DNA of 64,000 bases from a virus (taxonomy: Duplodnaviria; Caudoviricetes): positions 96,001 through 160,000 of IMG/VR virus record IMGVR_UViG_3300009185_000001; one strand, written 5' to 3'. Position numbers and translations under genes: made by a program. Under the pieces are notes generated by a model, which did not search any database, was not told the DNA's origin, and saw only the letters and a list, made by a program, of their open reading frames with translations. Shown piece after piece: positions 27,674 through 38,287 of the stretch; the stretch's first letter is position 1; every line of letters begins with the position of its first letter.

Positions 27674-28057
27674 GTGAAGCTATCATTGGATGGTCTAAGA
27701 CAACTTTGTTCTTCTAATCTAGTTGAATTAAAGTTTAATAGAAGATTAAGAATAATTGGATTACCTCCGACCAGAAGAATGCTAGCTACTTTGGATGCTC
27801 AACTTTTAAATTCTACTTTAGGAAAGGAAGTATTAAACTTCAAACCTCCGGTAAGAAATGCTGCATATAATGCAGCATCTAAAGGGTTATTAACTGTTTG
27901 GGATTTACTATATCAGGATTGGAGAAATATTCCAATTGAAAATGTTTTTGTAGTATCCACAGTTCCAACAAAACCCGAAAAAACTTTTTGGGAATACTTT
28001 GATAAAGTTTTAGGAAAAATGACAGCTTCACAGAAAGCTGCATTCATGAGCAAATGA
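27674..28057 (+). CDS. SH3/Sm-like beta-barrel protein (DUF2693/WYL_2-like)
   Basis: VELKFNRR..RRMLATLD..VWDL..DWRNI. Confidence 0.6.
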   Translation: MKLSLDGLRQLCSSNLVELKFNRRLRIIGLPPTRRMLATLDAQLLNSTLGKEVLNFKPPVRNAAYNAASKGLLTVWDLLYQDWRNIPIENVFVVSTVPTKPEKTFWEYFDKVLGKMTASQKAAFMSK

Positions 28058-28410
28058 ATATTACAAAAACACCAACAGAAAATGCATGTATGTTTTTACT
28101 ACAGAAAAACATATCATTAGAATTAAATAACAAACCATATAAGCAGGGAAAGCTTATAATTTTTTATCAGAAAAATTTTTATTTGACATTTGTAATAGAT
28201 ACTGTTAAAAAGAAGAGAGAAAAAATAGAAATACCTATTCCTTTTGGAGTGGAAATGCACGAAGATGATGATTTGGTGTTTTTTGATTATAGATTAAAAA
28301 CGCTTGCCAAACAAGCTCCAGAAGTGGAGAATTATCTGAGAGTATATTCCTCTAAAAAGAATTCTAATAAATTTTGGAACTCAATATTAACAATCGATGC
28401 AAAAAACTAA
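28054..28410 (+). CDS. Hypothetical protein
   Basis: Operonic ORF. Confidence 0.55.
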   Translation: MNITKTPTENACMFLLQKNISLELNNKPYKQGKLIIFYQKNFYLTFVIDTVKKKREKIEIPIPFGVEMHEDDDLVFFDYRLKTLAKQAPEVENYLRVYSSKKNSNKFWNSILTIDAKN

Positions 28411-28654
28411 TAATATTCTAATGTATAGTATCTTTTCTGGAACTTTTTATGAGGTTCCAGATTCAGATTTTCATCTTATGGATGGTGGTCAGATTCCTCT
28501 GCTCAAAAAACCTTCTTCAAGCTGTAGCAAATGCTATGGAAGAGGGCACCTAGGCAGGGATACGCAAAGCTTTGGTTATACCGTGTGTAATTGTGTGCGA
28601 AAAGTAGCAAATATTAACCTCCTCAAGACCGCCAAAGATGTTACAATTAGTTGA
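28397..28654 (+). CDS. Small zinc-ribbon protein
   Basis: CSKCYGRG..CNC. Confidence 0.55.
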   Translation: MQKTNNILMYSIFSGTFYEVPDSDFHLMDGGQIPLLKKPSSSCSKCYGRGHLGRDTQSFGYTVCNCVRKVANINLLKTAKDVTIS

Positions 28655-30302
28655 TTACCTAAAGACATTTCCCACCGATGCAAAAGCAAGACCACAGCAA
28701 GAAGTTGCTTTAAATAAAATAGCCAAAGCATTTTCTAGTGGTAAAAAATTTGTTATAGCATCGCTTCCTACTGGTTCTGGCAAATCTCATATTGCAGCAT
28801 CCGTTGCAAGATCTGCAACTCCAATAGATACCCGCCGAAAAGAGTTGGTAGATTCTTATATGATATATAAGAAGGACAGGAATGGAAATTTTAAGTATGA
28901 AGATGATTTTTTAGACGGAACTTCATTCGGAAGTTACATTCTGACTATCACCAAATCATTGCAGGATCAGTATAAGGGGTTGTTTAAAGAGTCTGTAATC
29001 GTTAAGGGCAAATCGAATTATTCCTGTGATGTAGACCCCAACGTATCAATTGATTTTGCTCCCTGTTTATATTCACCAGAAATCAAAGAGGCTTGTTTTG
29101 CTGCTGACAGATGTCCTTATTATAGAAATCGAAATGCTGCGTTTACTTCGGTAGATCCTGTATTGAATTACAGAGCTTTCATGAATCTTCCTAGTTTTTT
29201 GAGAAAACGAGAAATCTATATATTCGATGAAGCTGGTGACATGGAAGCCGAATTAGTGGGTCAGTATTCTATATCAATAAATTATTCACATCTTTTGGCT
29301 GAAGATATTGATTTTAGAAAATTGAGTAGCGATGACAATAGAGAAGCTGGAAAATGGCTAAACGATGTTTATACTAAATTAAAAAGCGAATCTGATAAGT
29401 TAAAAAATCGACTCTCCAACCTAGAGAAGAAGGAATCACATAAAGCAGTTAAAAATAAAGACATTCAGAGATTAGGAAAGCTTAATGGAATGATTCATTC
29501 ATTGGAAAATGTTATTAATTTTTGGGAGGAGTGTGAGTATTTGGTTGAACGTAGAGATTCTGAGGGTGTAACATTTGTTCCTTATGATGTTAGACCATTA
29601 GCTGATATGCTTTTTAAGGGTGCAGATATGATTTTAATGATGTCTGCTACTATTTCTAATCCCAAACAATTTGCAAAAACACTGGGTATTCAAGAAGGCC
29701 AATATGAATTCATAGAAGCCTCTTCTTCGTTCAGTTCTACCAAATCTCCTATCAGGACATCTAGGAAATATAGTCTTTCATATAAAAACAATAATAAAGA
29801 TTTACCGAGAATAATAGAAGCCGCTGTAGAGCTTTGCAAATGCCACAAGGGGCAGAAGGGAGTTATCCATACCCATACAAATAAAATAGCCGAAGAAATA
29901 AAGAGAAAGGTTTCTGGTGATAGTAGATTTATTTTTAGAGAAATAGGAAATACCAATGAAGATATTTTGGAAGAGCATAAATCAAGAATCGATGATGATA
30001 CAATTTTGGTAAGTCCCTCTTTAGATACTGGAATTAGTTTGGATGGTGATCTGGGAAGGTTTCAGATAATACTAAAGGCTCCGTTTCTTCCACTAAGCTC
30101 TAAGAGAATTAAAAAAATATACGACAAGAATAAAGAATATTACATGATGAAGATGTTGGATAATTTGATTCAAATGTGCGGAAGATGTACAAGATCAGAT
30201 GAGGATCATTCTGTAACTTATATTTTGGATGCAAATGCTGTAAATTCTATCATTTCAAATAAACATTTATTACCTAAACATTTTTTAGAACGTATTTCGT
30301 GA
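28638..30302 (+). CDS. DinG/XPD-family SF2 helicase
   Basis: PTGSGKS; four Cys (NYSC, APC, EAC, RCPYY); DEAG; MSAT; GISLDG; QMCGRCTR..TYILD. Confidence 0.85.
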   Translation: MLQLVDYLKTFPTDAKARPQQEVALNKIAKAFSSGKKFVIASLPTGSGKSHIAASVARSATPIDTRRKELVDSYMIYKKDRNGNFKYEDDFLDGTSFGSYILTITKSLQDQYKGLFKESVIVKGKSNYSCDVDPNVSIDFAPCLYSPEIKEACFAADRCPYYRNRNAAFTSVDPVLNYRAFMNLPSFLRKREIYIFDEAGDMEAELVGQYSISINYSHLLAEDIDFRKLSSDDNREAGKWLNDVYTKLKSESDKLKNRLSNLEKKESHKAVKNKDIQRLGKLNGMIHSLENVINFWEECEYLVERRDSEGVTFVPYDVRPLADMLFKGADMILMMSATISNPKQFAKTLGIQEGQYEFIEASSSFSSTKSPIRTSRKYSLSYKNNNKDLPRIIEAAVELCKCHKGQKGVIHTHTNKIAEEIKRKVSGDSRFIFREIGNTNEDILEEHKSRIDDDTILVSPSLDTGISLDGDLGRFQIILKAPFLPLSSKRIKKIYDKNKEYYMMKMLDNLIQMCGRCTRSDEDHSVTYILDANAVNSIISNKHLLPKHFLERIS

Positions 30303-30314
30303 TAAATATAGGAA

Positions 30315-31010
30315 GTGAAGAATTATACTTTCCATTTTGAAGCGCAAACATTATTAGAACAATTTGTAGCAGCTTTTAACGATATTGTTATTAAAAGATA
30401 TGATAATCAGGATACAACAGTATCTCCTACAAGTGGATTTAAGGTAAATTTTGTATATTCCCCTAAACAAAGATTATATGCTACTTTAAATACACCAGCA
30501 CCGGGTGGGCTAACGGTTCCTTGTGTTGCGGTTAGTATAAATGGCATATCAAGAGACAATACTAGAGTTTTTAATAAATTAGAAGGATTTACAGTTCCTA
30601 ATTTTGATATAGAATCTGGAAATTATGTAAAAAATATTCCACAACCAGTTCCTGTAAATATTGGTGTGAATATGACCATAGTTACTAAATTTCAAGCAGA
30701 TATGGATCAGATATTATCTAATTTTATACCATATTGTGATCCTTATATCATAATTTCATGGAAACTTCCATTTGCTAAAAATTTTGAAATAAGGTCTGAA
30801 GTATTATGGAGCGGACAAACAAACGTCCAATATCCAAGTGATATTGGACCTACACAAGCATTTAGAATATCCGCTGATACATCTTTTACGATAAAGGGAT
30901 GGTTATTCAAAAAAACTGATGAAATAGTTAAAAGAATTTATACAATAGATGAAAAATTCTTTATTTCTAATGACCCAACAAAGGATTATTTTAATTTACC
31001 AGAATTATAA
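30315..31010 (+). CDS. gp15: Tail terminator/sheath stabiliser
   Basis: YTFHFE..FVAAFNDIVIKR..YSPKQR..PVPVNI..QILSNF.PY..FTIKGWLF; TAAATA at 30303-30308. Confidence 0.75.
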   Translation: MKNYTFHFEAQTLLEQFVAAFNDIVIKRYDNQDTTVSPTSGFKVNFVYSPKQRLYATLNTPAPGGLTVPCVAVSINGISRDNTRVFNKLEGFTVPNFDIESGNYVKNIPQPVPVNIGVNMTIVTKFQADMDQILSNFIPYCDPYIIISWKLPFAKNFEIRSEVLWSGQTNVQYPSDIGPTQAFRISADTSFTIKGWLFKKTDEIVKRIYTIDEKFFISNDPTKDYFNLPEL

Positions 31011-31013
31011 ATT

Positions 31014-31514
31014 ATGGACGCAAGAGTTCTAGTATACGCAAAACCAAGTGCAGCAGATGTATTTCCATATAACATATATGTGGTGACTCCTGAATTATCT
31101 TCCACACAAATTAAAAACATTATAGTTTCTGGAAAAAGTTTTTATCAATTAAGATCCTTATACCTAAGCGGAAGTGATATAAGCATATTTCAAGGATTAA
31201 GTTACAATTATTTCAATCCATTTGTTGGTGTAGAACATTTAGATGTTAAAAATCCTCCCTTTTCCGCAACTTTAATACCTACATTTACAGTAGTTAGTGA
31301 AAATGTTTTACAATTTGACATACCGGATAGAATTTTTTATAATATACATGGAAAAACACCTCCATATGATTCTCATTTGGATGTAATAGTAGAAAATGAA
31401 GCAGGATATGGTCTTTTAACAAGAGATAGTATTATGTATAGAGTTAGTTCGTGGAGTGGTTTTATCCAAGAACAAAAACCCTCAATATCTGGAATATATA
31501 TTGCAACAACATAA
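31014..31514 (+). CDS. Hypothetical structural protein (Ig-like)
   Basis: Follows gp15; beta-rich; DVIVENEAGYG. Confidence 0.5.
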   Translation: MDARVLVYAKPSAADVFPYNIYVVTPELSSTQIKNIIVSGKSFYQLRSLYLSGSDISIFQGLSYNYFNPFVGVEHLDVKNPPFSATLIPTFTVVSENVLQFDIPDRIFYNIHGKTPPYDSHLDVIVENEAGYGLLTRDSIMYRVSSWSGFIQEQKPSISGIYIATT

Positions 31515-31547
31515 AGATTATTTGTCCGTTGTCTCTAAATATATTAA

Positions 31548-34500
31548 ATGGCAGCAATTTTTAATATATACAACAAATTAGAATCAACGTATTGGAAACC
31601 CGTAAATTTTAATGTTGTTGGAGATCAAGTTAATGTTAAAAAAATTCCAATATTATTTGATAATGGAATGTATTTCTATTTGCATACATTTTTAAAAAAT
31701 TCAAATGATTTTACATTTAATAAAAAAACAGGTAATTTTTTAACAAATTTTTTATACAATTCTTATTTTTTAAAAAATAATGTAAATCCTTATATAAACA
31801 ATGAATTAACAAAAATAGAAAGTCCTATAACTTCATCTGAAAATAGTGTTTATAGTATATATAATGCAAATTCCTCTATACCAAACAATCCAACTGTTTT
31901 AAAAGATACTGAACAATTAAACTTTTCAAAAACTGATACGATAGAATTTTTATTTAAAAATGATTATGTAGTTGTTAAAAATATATACGGAAGAGTTCTA
32001 ACTTCTGATTATATAGGAGTAAATGGCATTAGTTTTAAAACGGAAGAATACCCACCAGCAGATAATCAAAAATTTGATTATTTTTTAGGAAATAATTCTA
32101 TAGTATTGTTTGAATATAAAAAGAATTATAATAATATTTTAATAAAAAATAGCACTTCTAATACTTTAGTACTTTCTAGTATTAGTTTAACTTCAACAAA
32201 TAATCTTCCTAAAAACTCAGTTCTCAAATTTACATCTTACGATAAAAAAGTATTAAACATTGATAATAGTGTATATGATAGTTATATTGTAAAATATAAA
32301 ACAGATCCAACAAAAAATGAAAACAATTTAGAAATAGATTATTCATTTTCAAATCAAAATTTGTTATCACAAAATTATTTAGGATTGTTTCCTGTAGAAA
32401 ATCCAGATATAAAAGAAAAGGAGTGCTTATATAATTTTCAAATACAAGGACTTAAAAACTATCAAACTCCAGAATATAAATACACAACAGCAAATCCTAT
32501 GCTAACCGCATCTCCTTCTATAAGAAGGATATATAATAAAATATTTTCTGGAACTAATCAAAATAAAGGATATGATAAAATATTTTTAGGATTTCAATCT
32601 GATACAAAAGAATATACATTTACAACGGATAATGAAAATTTATTTTACTATCCTCCAACCTGTAACAGAGAACCTCTAAGTTCGGTTGGCTTGATAGAAG
32701 ATGGTGCTATAGCAGGAGAAGTACCATTTACTTCGGATAGAATATCAATATATAGAACAAACTATGAAGAGCAGATACCCGAAGGACCGCAACCAAAAAG
32801 TATAACTAAATACGACAATACTTGGTTGTGTTCATGGTTATCCGGAACAAATTTAGGAGATAAAGTATGGTTTGATCGTTATTATAATTCTGCATACTAT
32901 ACTTTAGATCAAGCGTTAACGGCAAAAACTATGGTATATAACCAATCGCTATCTGCCAATGTTCCGTTTACATTTGATGTTCCTTCTTCTATAATACTGG
33001 AACCTGGAGTTTTATATAAATATGACAGAAGTGGAAAACGAAACAGCATAGATTTCATAAAACATTTAGATAGTGATATAAACAATCCACTAGGAGCAAA
33101 AGTTTTAAGTATAACAAGTTGGCTTTCATCGCCACTAATAGATGATTCTAATTATAAAAATAACGGATTGGTATTTTTTAACACTCCTGAAAACTTTAGA
33201 AAAGATTATTGGATATTAAATGGAACAAATCATGCCGTTTTTCCATCAAAAACTTCTTTATTGCAAAAATCTAGATTTACGATTTCAATGTGGTTGAATG
33301 TAGATGATTGGAATAATATATATGGAGATCAAATTTTTGGAAATTATTATGAAAGTGGATTTGGACTTATAAATGATGGTGCTTTAAACGTTCCCTTGTT
33401 TACAATTACAAACACGGCATCTGCGGTTGTTTATAATATAAATTATAAATTTACAAAACTTTCTGAAATTCCACTTCCTATTAATAACAATAGTTCATAC
33501 TCATTTATTCAGCGACTTCCAGACTATAGTTATTGGGTTTTTGATTCAAAACAAAAAACAGGTATAAAATACAACCCAATAAATAATATCGTTGCTTCTA
33601 TTTCAAGCTTACCATCGTCCGTAATAAAAAATATAGATCAAATAGAATTAGATTCAAATCAAAATTTTTATTTTTATGACAATACTCTTAAATCATATTT
33701 AAAAGTAAATCAATTAGGGGAATTCATATCTCAAGGTAGCTTTTCTTTAGATTCTGGTATTAATAGAATAGAAATTGACAATAATAATGTACTATTAGGA
33801 GTTTATGGAAATGCATCTACGATAGATAATAATAATAATATATGGGAAGTTGTTGGTGGAAATTTATATAAAAATCAACAAATATATGCCAATGTAGGAG
33901 TAACTCAACAAATAATTTGTGATTCTGAAAATAATTTATGGATTGCACACGAACAAGATAAAATTTCAAAATTAAATATAACTTCTGGTCTTTTTGAATT
34001 TTCTTCTAGATTGGGAAAGAACTCTGGAAAGCCATTAAATCCATGTTTATCCTCTGAAAGATTTCGTTATATAAATTTGTTAAAAGTTCCTAAAAACACA
34101 AAATCTTGTGATCAAAACAGTTCGTATGAAAATAATTTAATAATAGTAGATACTAGAGACAATAGTATTTATACATTAGATTCTACTGGGTATCTTCTAT
34201 CCAAATTAGATTTAATAGCACTATTATCAGATCCTAAAATCTCTTTAAATTTTTATGCAAATGGAGATTTTAGTGGATATCAATTTGCAAGAAAATTTGG
34301 AGGAATAAATAAGTTGCTTTCTTGGAAATTAAAAATAGCAGAGCCAAATGGGAATAATTACAAGTTAATTTCTCTTTCAAATAATGTGAATTCTTTACCG
34401 AAAGGATGGCACAATTTTTCTTTAGTTTTTGATTCTTTAAATGGAATAGCCAAGAGTTATATCGATTCTATAGAAGTTAATAGTGTTTCATTTGAACCAA

Positions 34501-34934
34501 GAAGATATCAAGTATATTATGATTACAGATCATCTTTACTACTAGGAGCAGCTACAATAAAAAATACAACATTAAATGATATTATAGGAATAGATAATAG
34601 TAACAAATTTATAGGAAGCGTTGCAGATTTAAGAATGTACTCCAAGGCATTAACACAGGGAGAGGTAGAACAAATTTATTTTGCTTCAAATTTTGCAGAT
34701 TCTCGAAAAGATTTGCATTGGAATATAAGAGTTGGTGACCGAAATTTTTTAGAAGAAATTGAATACTTCTATAAAGCTCAACTACCGGGAAGTAAAAGCA
34801 AGTACTTTAATATTAACATACACAATCTAAATATAGATAATAATATAAAAATGATTTTAGAAGAAGCTATAAAAACCAATATATCTAAAATAATACCAGC
34901 AGAATCTTCGCTTTATAAAATAAACTGGATGTAA
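31548..34934 (+). CDS. Large virion/baseplate protein with LamG-like domain and beta-propeller-like repeats
   Basis: FTISMW, WHNFSLVFD..YID, FIGSVADLRMYSKAL; xD(S/N)xNNxW repeats; TAAATA at 31536-31541. Confidence 0.7.
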   Translation: MAAIFNIYNKLESTYWKPVNFNVVGDQVNVKKIPILFDNGMYFYLHTFLKNSNDFTFNKKTGNFLTNFLYNSYFLKNNVNPYINNELTKIESPITSSENSVYSIYNANSSIPNNPTVLKDTEQLNFSKTDTIEFLFKNDYVVVKNIYGRVLTSDYIGVNGISFKTEEYPPADNQKFDYFLGNNSIVLFEYKKNYNNILIKNSTSNTLVLSSISLTSTNNLPKNSVLKFTSYDKKVLNIDNSVYDSYIVKYKTDPTKNENNLEIDYSFSNQNLLSQNYLGLFPVENPDIKEKECLYNFQIQGLKNYQTPEYKYTTANPMLTASPSIRRIYNKIFSGTNQNKGYDKIFLGFQSDTKEYTFTTDNENLFYYPPTCNREPLSSVGLIEDGAIAGEVPFTSDRISIYRTNYEEQIPEGPQPKSITKYDNTWLCSWLSGTNLGDKVWFDRYYNSAYYTLDQALTAKTMVYNQSLSANVPFTFDVPSSIILEPGVLYKYDRSGKRNSIDFIKHLDSDINNPLGAKVLSITSWLSSPLIDDSNYKNNGLVFFNTPENFRKDYWILNGTNHAVFPSKTSLLQKSRFTISMWLNVDDWNNIYGDQIFGNYYESGFGLINDGALNVPLFTITNTASAVVYNINYKFTKLSEIPLPINNNSSYSFIQRLPDYSYWVFDSKQKTGIKYNPINNIVASISSLPSSVIKNIDQIELDSNQNFYFYDNTLKSYLKVNQLGEFISQGSFSLDSGINRIEIDNNNVLLGVYGNASTIDNNNNIWEVVGGNLYKNQQIYANVGVTQQIICDSENNLWIAHEQDKISKLNITSGLFEFSSRLGKNSGKPLNPCLSSERFRYINLLKVPKNTKSCDQNSSYENNLIIVDTRDNSIYTLDSTGYLLSKLDLIALLSDPKISLNFYANGDFSGYQFARKFGGINKLLSWKLKIAEPNGNNYKLISLSNNVNSLPKGWHNFSLVFDSLNGIAKSYIDSIEVNSVSFEPRRYQVYYDYRSSLLLGAATIKNTTLNDIIGIDNSNKFIGSVADLRMYSKALTQGEVEQIYFASNFADSRKDLHWNIRVGDRNFLEEIEYFYKAQLPGSKSKYFNINIHNLNIDNNIKMILEEAIKTNISKIIPAESSLYKINWM

Positions 34935-34935
34935 A

Positions 34936-35715
34936 ATGATTACTTTTAAAAAAACAACACCAACATGTTCAAATATCTATTTAATAGATGAAAATGTTTG
35001 TTTATCAAATTCGCTAAACACTTTAAATTATAATTTTTCATCTTTAAATTTTTCTTTAAATTCTTTAGATAGCTATAGAAATTCTTGGTATAATTTATAT
35101 ACCACAGTAAGTCAAAACAGTTCAAACTGGATAAAAACCGCAACAAATATTAAAGCATATAGTGCAGTATGGATAGATACTTCATTAACAGTATCCTCTT
35201 TGAGTTCTACTTGGATAAAACCATATACTATATATTATCCAAAAATGTTGAATATAGATTATTGGTATTCTTTATCTACAAATGATAAAAATTTAATAAT
35301 AAAAAATTGGATGAATACAAACTTCATAAATACGAATAAAAACACATCTATAATAGCAGATGTTGTATTGTATTTAATTCAAAATCAATCATTTTCCTTT
35401 AGGTTTAATAGAAGTTTCAGAGAACCTTGCACACCAAATGGTGGAGGATTATCAATTGGTTGTAGTGGATGTGCAAGACCTAATAGAGGCTGCAATCATA
35501 CTAGCGGAAAGGGTAAAAACAAAAGACATTGGTGTACAAATGCATATGACAGTTGTAGCGTAAGTATACAATCTTCTACAGCATCAGTTGCTTGTGTTGG
35601 ATCTGGAGCAAAAATGTTAAATGTAGGATTGGCTAGAAATTCTACTGATACTAATGTTGCAAGAACATTAACTATAAGAGTTAAAACTATAAATGGAGAT
35701 TGGACGGTATTATGA
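34936..35715 (+). CDS. Putative structural protein with Cys-rich C-terminus
   Basis: SNSLNTLNYNFSSL N-terminal motif; seven Cys in the C-terminal region. Confidence 0.6.
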   Translation: MITFKKTTPTCSNIYLIDENVCLSNSLNTLNYNFSSLNFSLNSLDSYRNSWYNLYTTVSQNSSNWIKTATNIKAYSAVWIDTSLTVSSLSSTWIKPYTIYYPKMLNIDYWYSLSTNDKNLIIKNWMNTNFINTNKNTSIIADVVLYLIQNQSFSFRFNRSFREPCTPNGGGLSIGCSGCARPNRGCNHTSGKGKNKRHWCTNAYDSCSVSIQSSTASVACVGSGAKMLNVGLARNSTDTNVARTLTIRVKTINGDWTVL

Positions 35716-36692
35716 GTAATATTATTTCACTTAAAACCACGGAAAGTATAGGAAATACGCTATCTACTGTTAATAACAATTATTTTAACTTAGAATTAAA
35801 TACTTTAAGCATACAGAATGATATTGAACAATATTGGAATTCTGTAATAAACTATTATTTAGATTTTCAAAAATTATTAAAGGAAACTACAAGCATAGCA
35901 CAATCATACTCATCAATTTTTATTGGAACATCGACTACAGTAGAAGCCAATTCTTCTTCTTGGATAAAACCGATAACTATCTTTTTTCCTTCTATATTTC
36001 CTACTTTCATAGAATCAAATAGTATAGTAGATACACTATCTAGTTGGATTATTGAATATTTTCCAGAAACGTCATTTTCGGAATATGATGAGATTACAAA
36101 TTCTTTTAATCAAGTATCAAATTATGTAGAAAACCAAGAATTAATAGTATATGCACATAGATGGAAATACGGATCTTCAATATCTGAAAATACTCTTCTA
36201 ACTGATTACACTCTTTGCACAACATCTAGTAAGTCAGTATGTGTGACTTGTACAAATAGATATTCAGGATATGTTCGTTGCGATAATGGGGATTTTAATT
36301 GCAATGGACAATCAAATTCATGTCAACAGTGTAAAACATTAAATTGTTTTTATGCTAGTCCGCCATATAATACATATGTGCCTCCACCAATAAGAACATT
36401 AAGATCAGTTGATCATTATAGTACTATACCAGAACGAATAGTCACTCCGGTATATAACAAAAAAGGAAAAATTATTAGATATATTAAAAAAGTAATTACT
36501 AAAGTAATACGTTGGACAACTGATGAATGGGCAGTTACGGCAAATCCGTCTCCGAATGGACAAAATTCATATGGATCTATTAGAGCAAATGTAGAAATGA
36601 CGTTTCAAGACAGAAATGAAGAAGAAAATATATTTGCTGTTGTTTTTAAAATAAAAAACTGTTCTTGGAGATTTGATAGATTTTTACAATAA
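35712..36692 (+). CDS. Paralogous structural protein with Cys-rich segment
   Basis: IGNTLSTVNNNYFNL; WIKPITI matches WIKPYTI of the previous gene; ATGA overlap start at 35712. Confidence 0.6.
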   Translation: MSNIISLKTTESIGNTLSTVNNNYFNLELNTLSIQNDIEQYWNSVINYYLDFQKLLKETTSIAQSYSSIFIGTSTTVEANSSSWIKPITIFFPSIFPTFIESNSIVDTLSSWIIEYFPETSFSEYDEITNSFNQVSNYVENQELIVYAHRWKYGSSISENTLLTDYTLCTTSSKSVCVTCTNRYSGYVRCDNGDFNCNGQSNSCQQCKTLNCFYASPPYNTYVPPPIRTLRSVDHYSTIPERIVTPVYNKKGKIIRYIKKVITKVIRWTTDEWAVTANPSPNGQNSYGSIRANVEMTFQDRNEEENIFAVVFKIKNCSWRFDRFLQ

Positions 36693-36698
36693 AAAATT

Positions 36699-38282
36699 AT
36701 GAGTAGAAAATTAACACAAGAAATTTTTAGAGAAGATTGCGTTGGAGATTCGTCTGGAAAACACAATTATAATCTTTTATCTTTAGATACGAATATATGT
36801 AATATTTCGAGTCAATATTTTATCGTTCCTAATAATATTAATTTAATTTTTAATGATTTCATAGCAAACGTCGAAAGCTTTACACAAGCAAATAATTTAT
36901 TTTTAGATCCAAAACGATTTAATTTAGTAAGTGCATCTGTAAATCTCTTAAGTTCTTATTGGACAAAACATGAATTTTCAGTTCATTATCCGTTAAACAT
37001 ATCATTATTGCAAAATATGACAGTTAGTTGTCCCACCGTTAATCAATTGGATGAAAAATTAATATCATTGGCAAAAATATATTTAAATACAAATTATGCA
37101 GCAACAGATTTTGAAGAAAATACAAATGTAAATGTGATATTTTTTCTTTATAATGTTCCAGTAAATCCTGCAAATCCCAATGATTTAATTACTTCTAAGA
37201 CAAGTCCAGAATTTTCTTTTAATGTTAGACATATGTATGCTGAATTTATAAGACAAGATGTTTCTCTTGGAAACGGTAAAATTTTTAAATTTAAAAATGT
37301 AAATAAAACTTGGATATTTAATTCAGTTACCATCGGAGCAACCGATTCTACAAAACAACCAGTATTTGTTCAAACAAATCCTCCTAGAATTTTAACAAAA
37401 CAAAATACTATCACTAAAAGATCTGAAATAAATATTATAATATCTTCAAATACTTTTAATTTTGATTTATATTATCAAGCAGTGAATTCTGGATTTTATT
37501 TTTCGGGAATAACTGATATAACACTTACAATAAATTCTGGAATTTATGTAGGAAGCAATTCGACAAACTCTCCTGCTCTTACGATTTCGGGATTTAGTGT
37601 CGGAGATACTATAAAAATAATAAACAATGGAAATATACTTGGATATGGAGGAAAGGGAGGAGAAGGACAAGATTTGGGAACTATTCCATCCGGTGCTAAT
37701 GATGGAAAAGAAGGAGGAGATGCTATTTTATTGAGATTTCCTGTATTGAGTATTGTTAATAATGGAGTTATTGGTGGTGGTGGTGGTGGCGGTGCAGGGG
37801 GAATTGCTTCGTATTCGGATAATAGATATCTAAAAGATTATTACGACCCCACAATTAGAGCAGAGCAGAACAAGTATGCAAACTACTCAAAACCCTCAAT
37901 AGGCTCTGGTGGCGGTGGCGGTGGTGGTGCAGGATATCTCGGAGGATATAACGGAGAATCGGGGGTTTCTCAAACATCACAACCAACTTCTACCAAGCAA
38001 TATTTATGGACATTACAATCTCCAGCACAGAACGGAAGTATAGGAACATTTTTTGCTGGAGGAGTAGGGGGAAGCGGAAATACTTCTGGAGGAAATGGTG
38101 GCTTATTAGGGCAACAAGGAACAAGTACTGGGAAAACCGATTCTAGTGGAATTAAATATCCACCTTTTGGAGGAAGTGCAGGATATGCAATACGAGGAAA
38201 AAGTTTTTTATCTTCAATAACAACAACAGTAGCAAATTCTTCTAATTTAAAAGGCGATGTTAGAGGTGCAATAGCTGATTGA
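36699..38282 (+). CDS. Fibre-like protein with Gly-rich C-terminal domain
   Basis: Paralogous N-terminus; IINNGNILGYGGKGG..GGGGGGAGG..GGSAGYAI. Confidence 0.65.
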   Translation: MSRKLTQEIFREDCVGDSSGKHNYNLLSLDTNICNISSQYFIVPNNINLIFNDFIANVESFTQANNLFLDPKRFNLVSASVNLLSSYWTKHEFSVHYPLNISLLQNMTVSCPTVNQLDEKLISLAKIYLNTNYAATDFEENTNVNVIFFLYNVPVNPANPNDLITSKTSPEFSFNVRHMYAEFIRQDVSLGNGKIFKFKNVNKTWIFNSVTIGATDSTKQPVFVQTNPPRILTKQNTITKRSEINIIISSNTFNFDLYYQAVNSGFYFSGITDITLTINSGIYVGSNSTNSPALTISGFSVGDTIKIINNGNILGYGGKGGEGQDLGTIPSGANDGKEGGDAILLRFPVLSIVNNGVIGGGGGGGAGGIASYSDNRYLKDYYDPTIRAEQNKYANYSKPSIGSGGGGGGGAGYLGGYNGESGVSQTSQPTSTKQYLWTLQSPAQNGSIGTFFAGGVGGSGNTSGGNGGLLGQQGTSTGKTDSSGIKYPPFGGSAGYAIRGKSFLSSITTTVANSSNLKGDVRGAIAD

Positions 38283-38287
38283 TTCCT

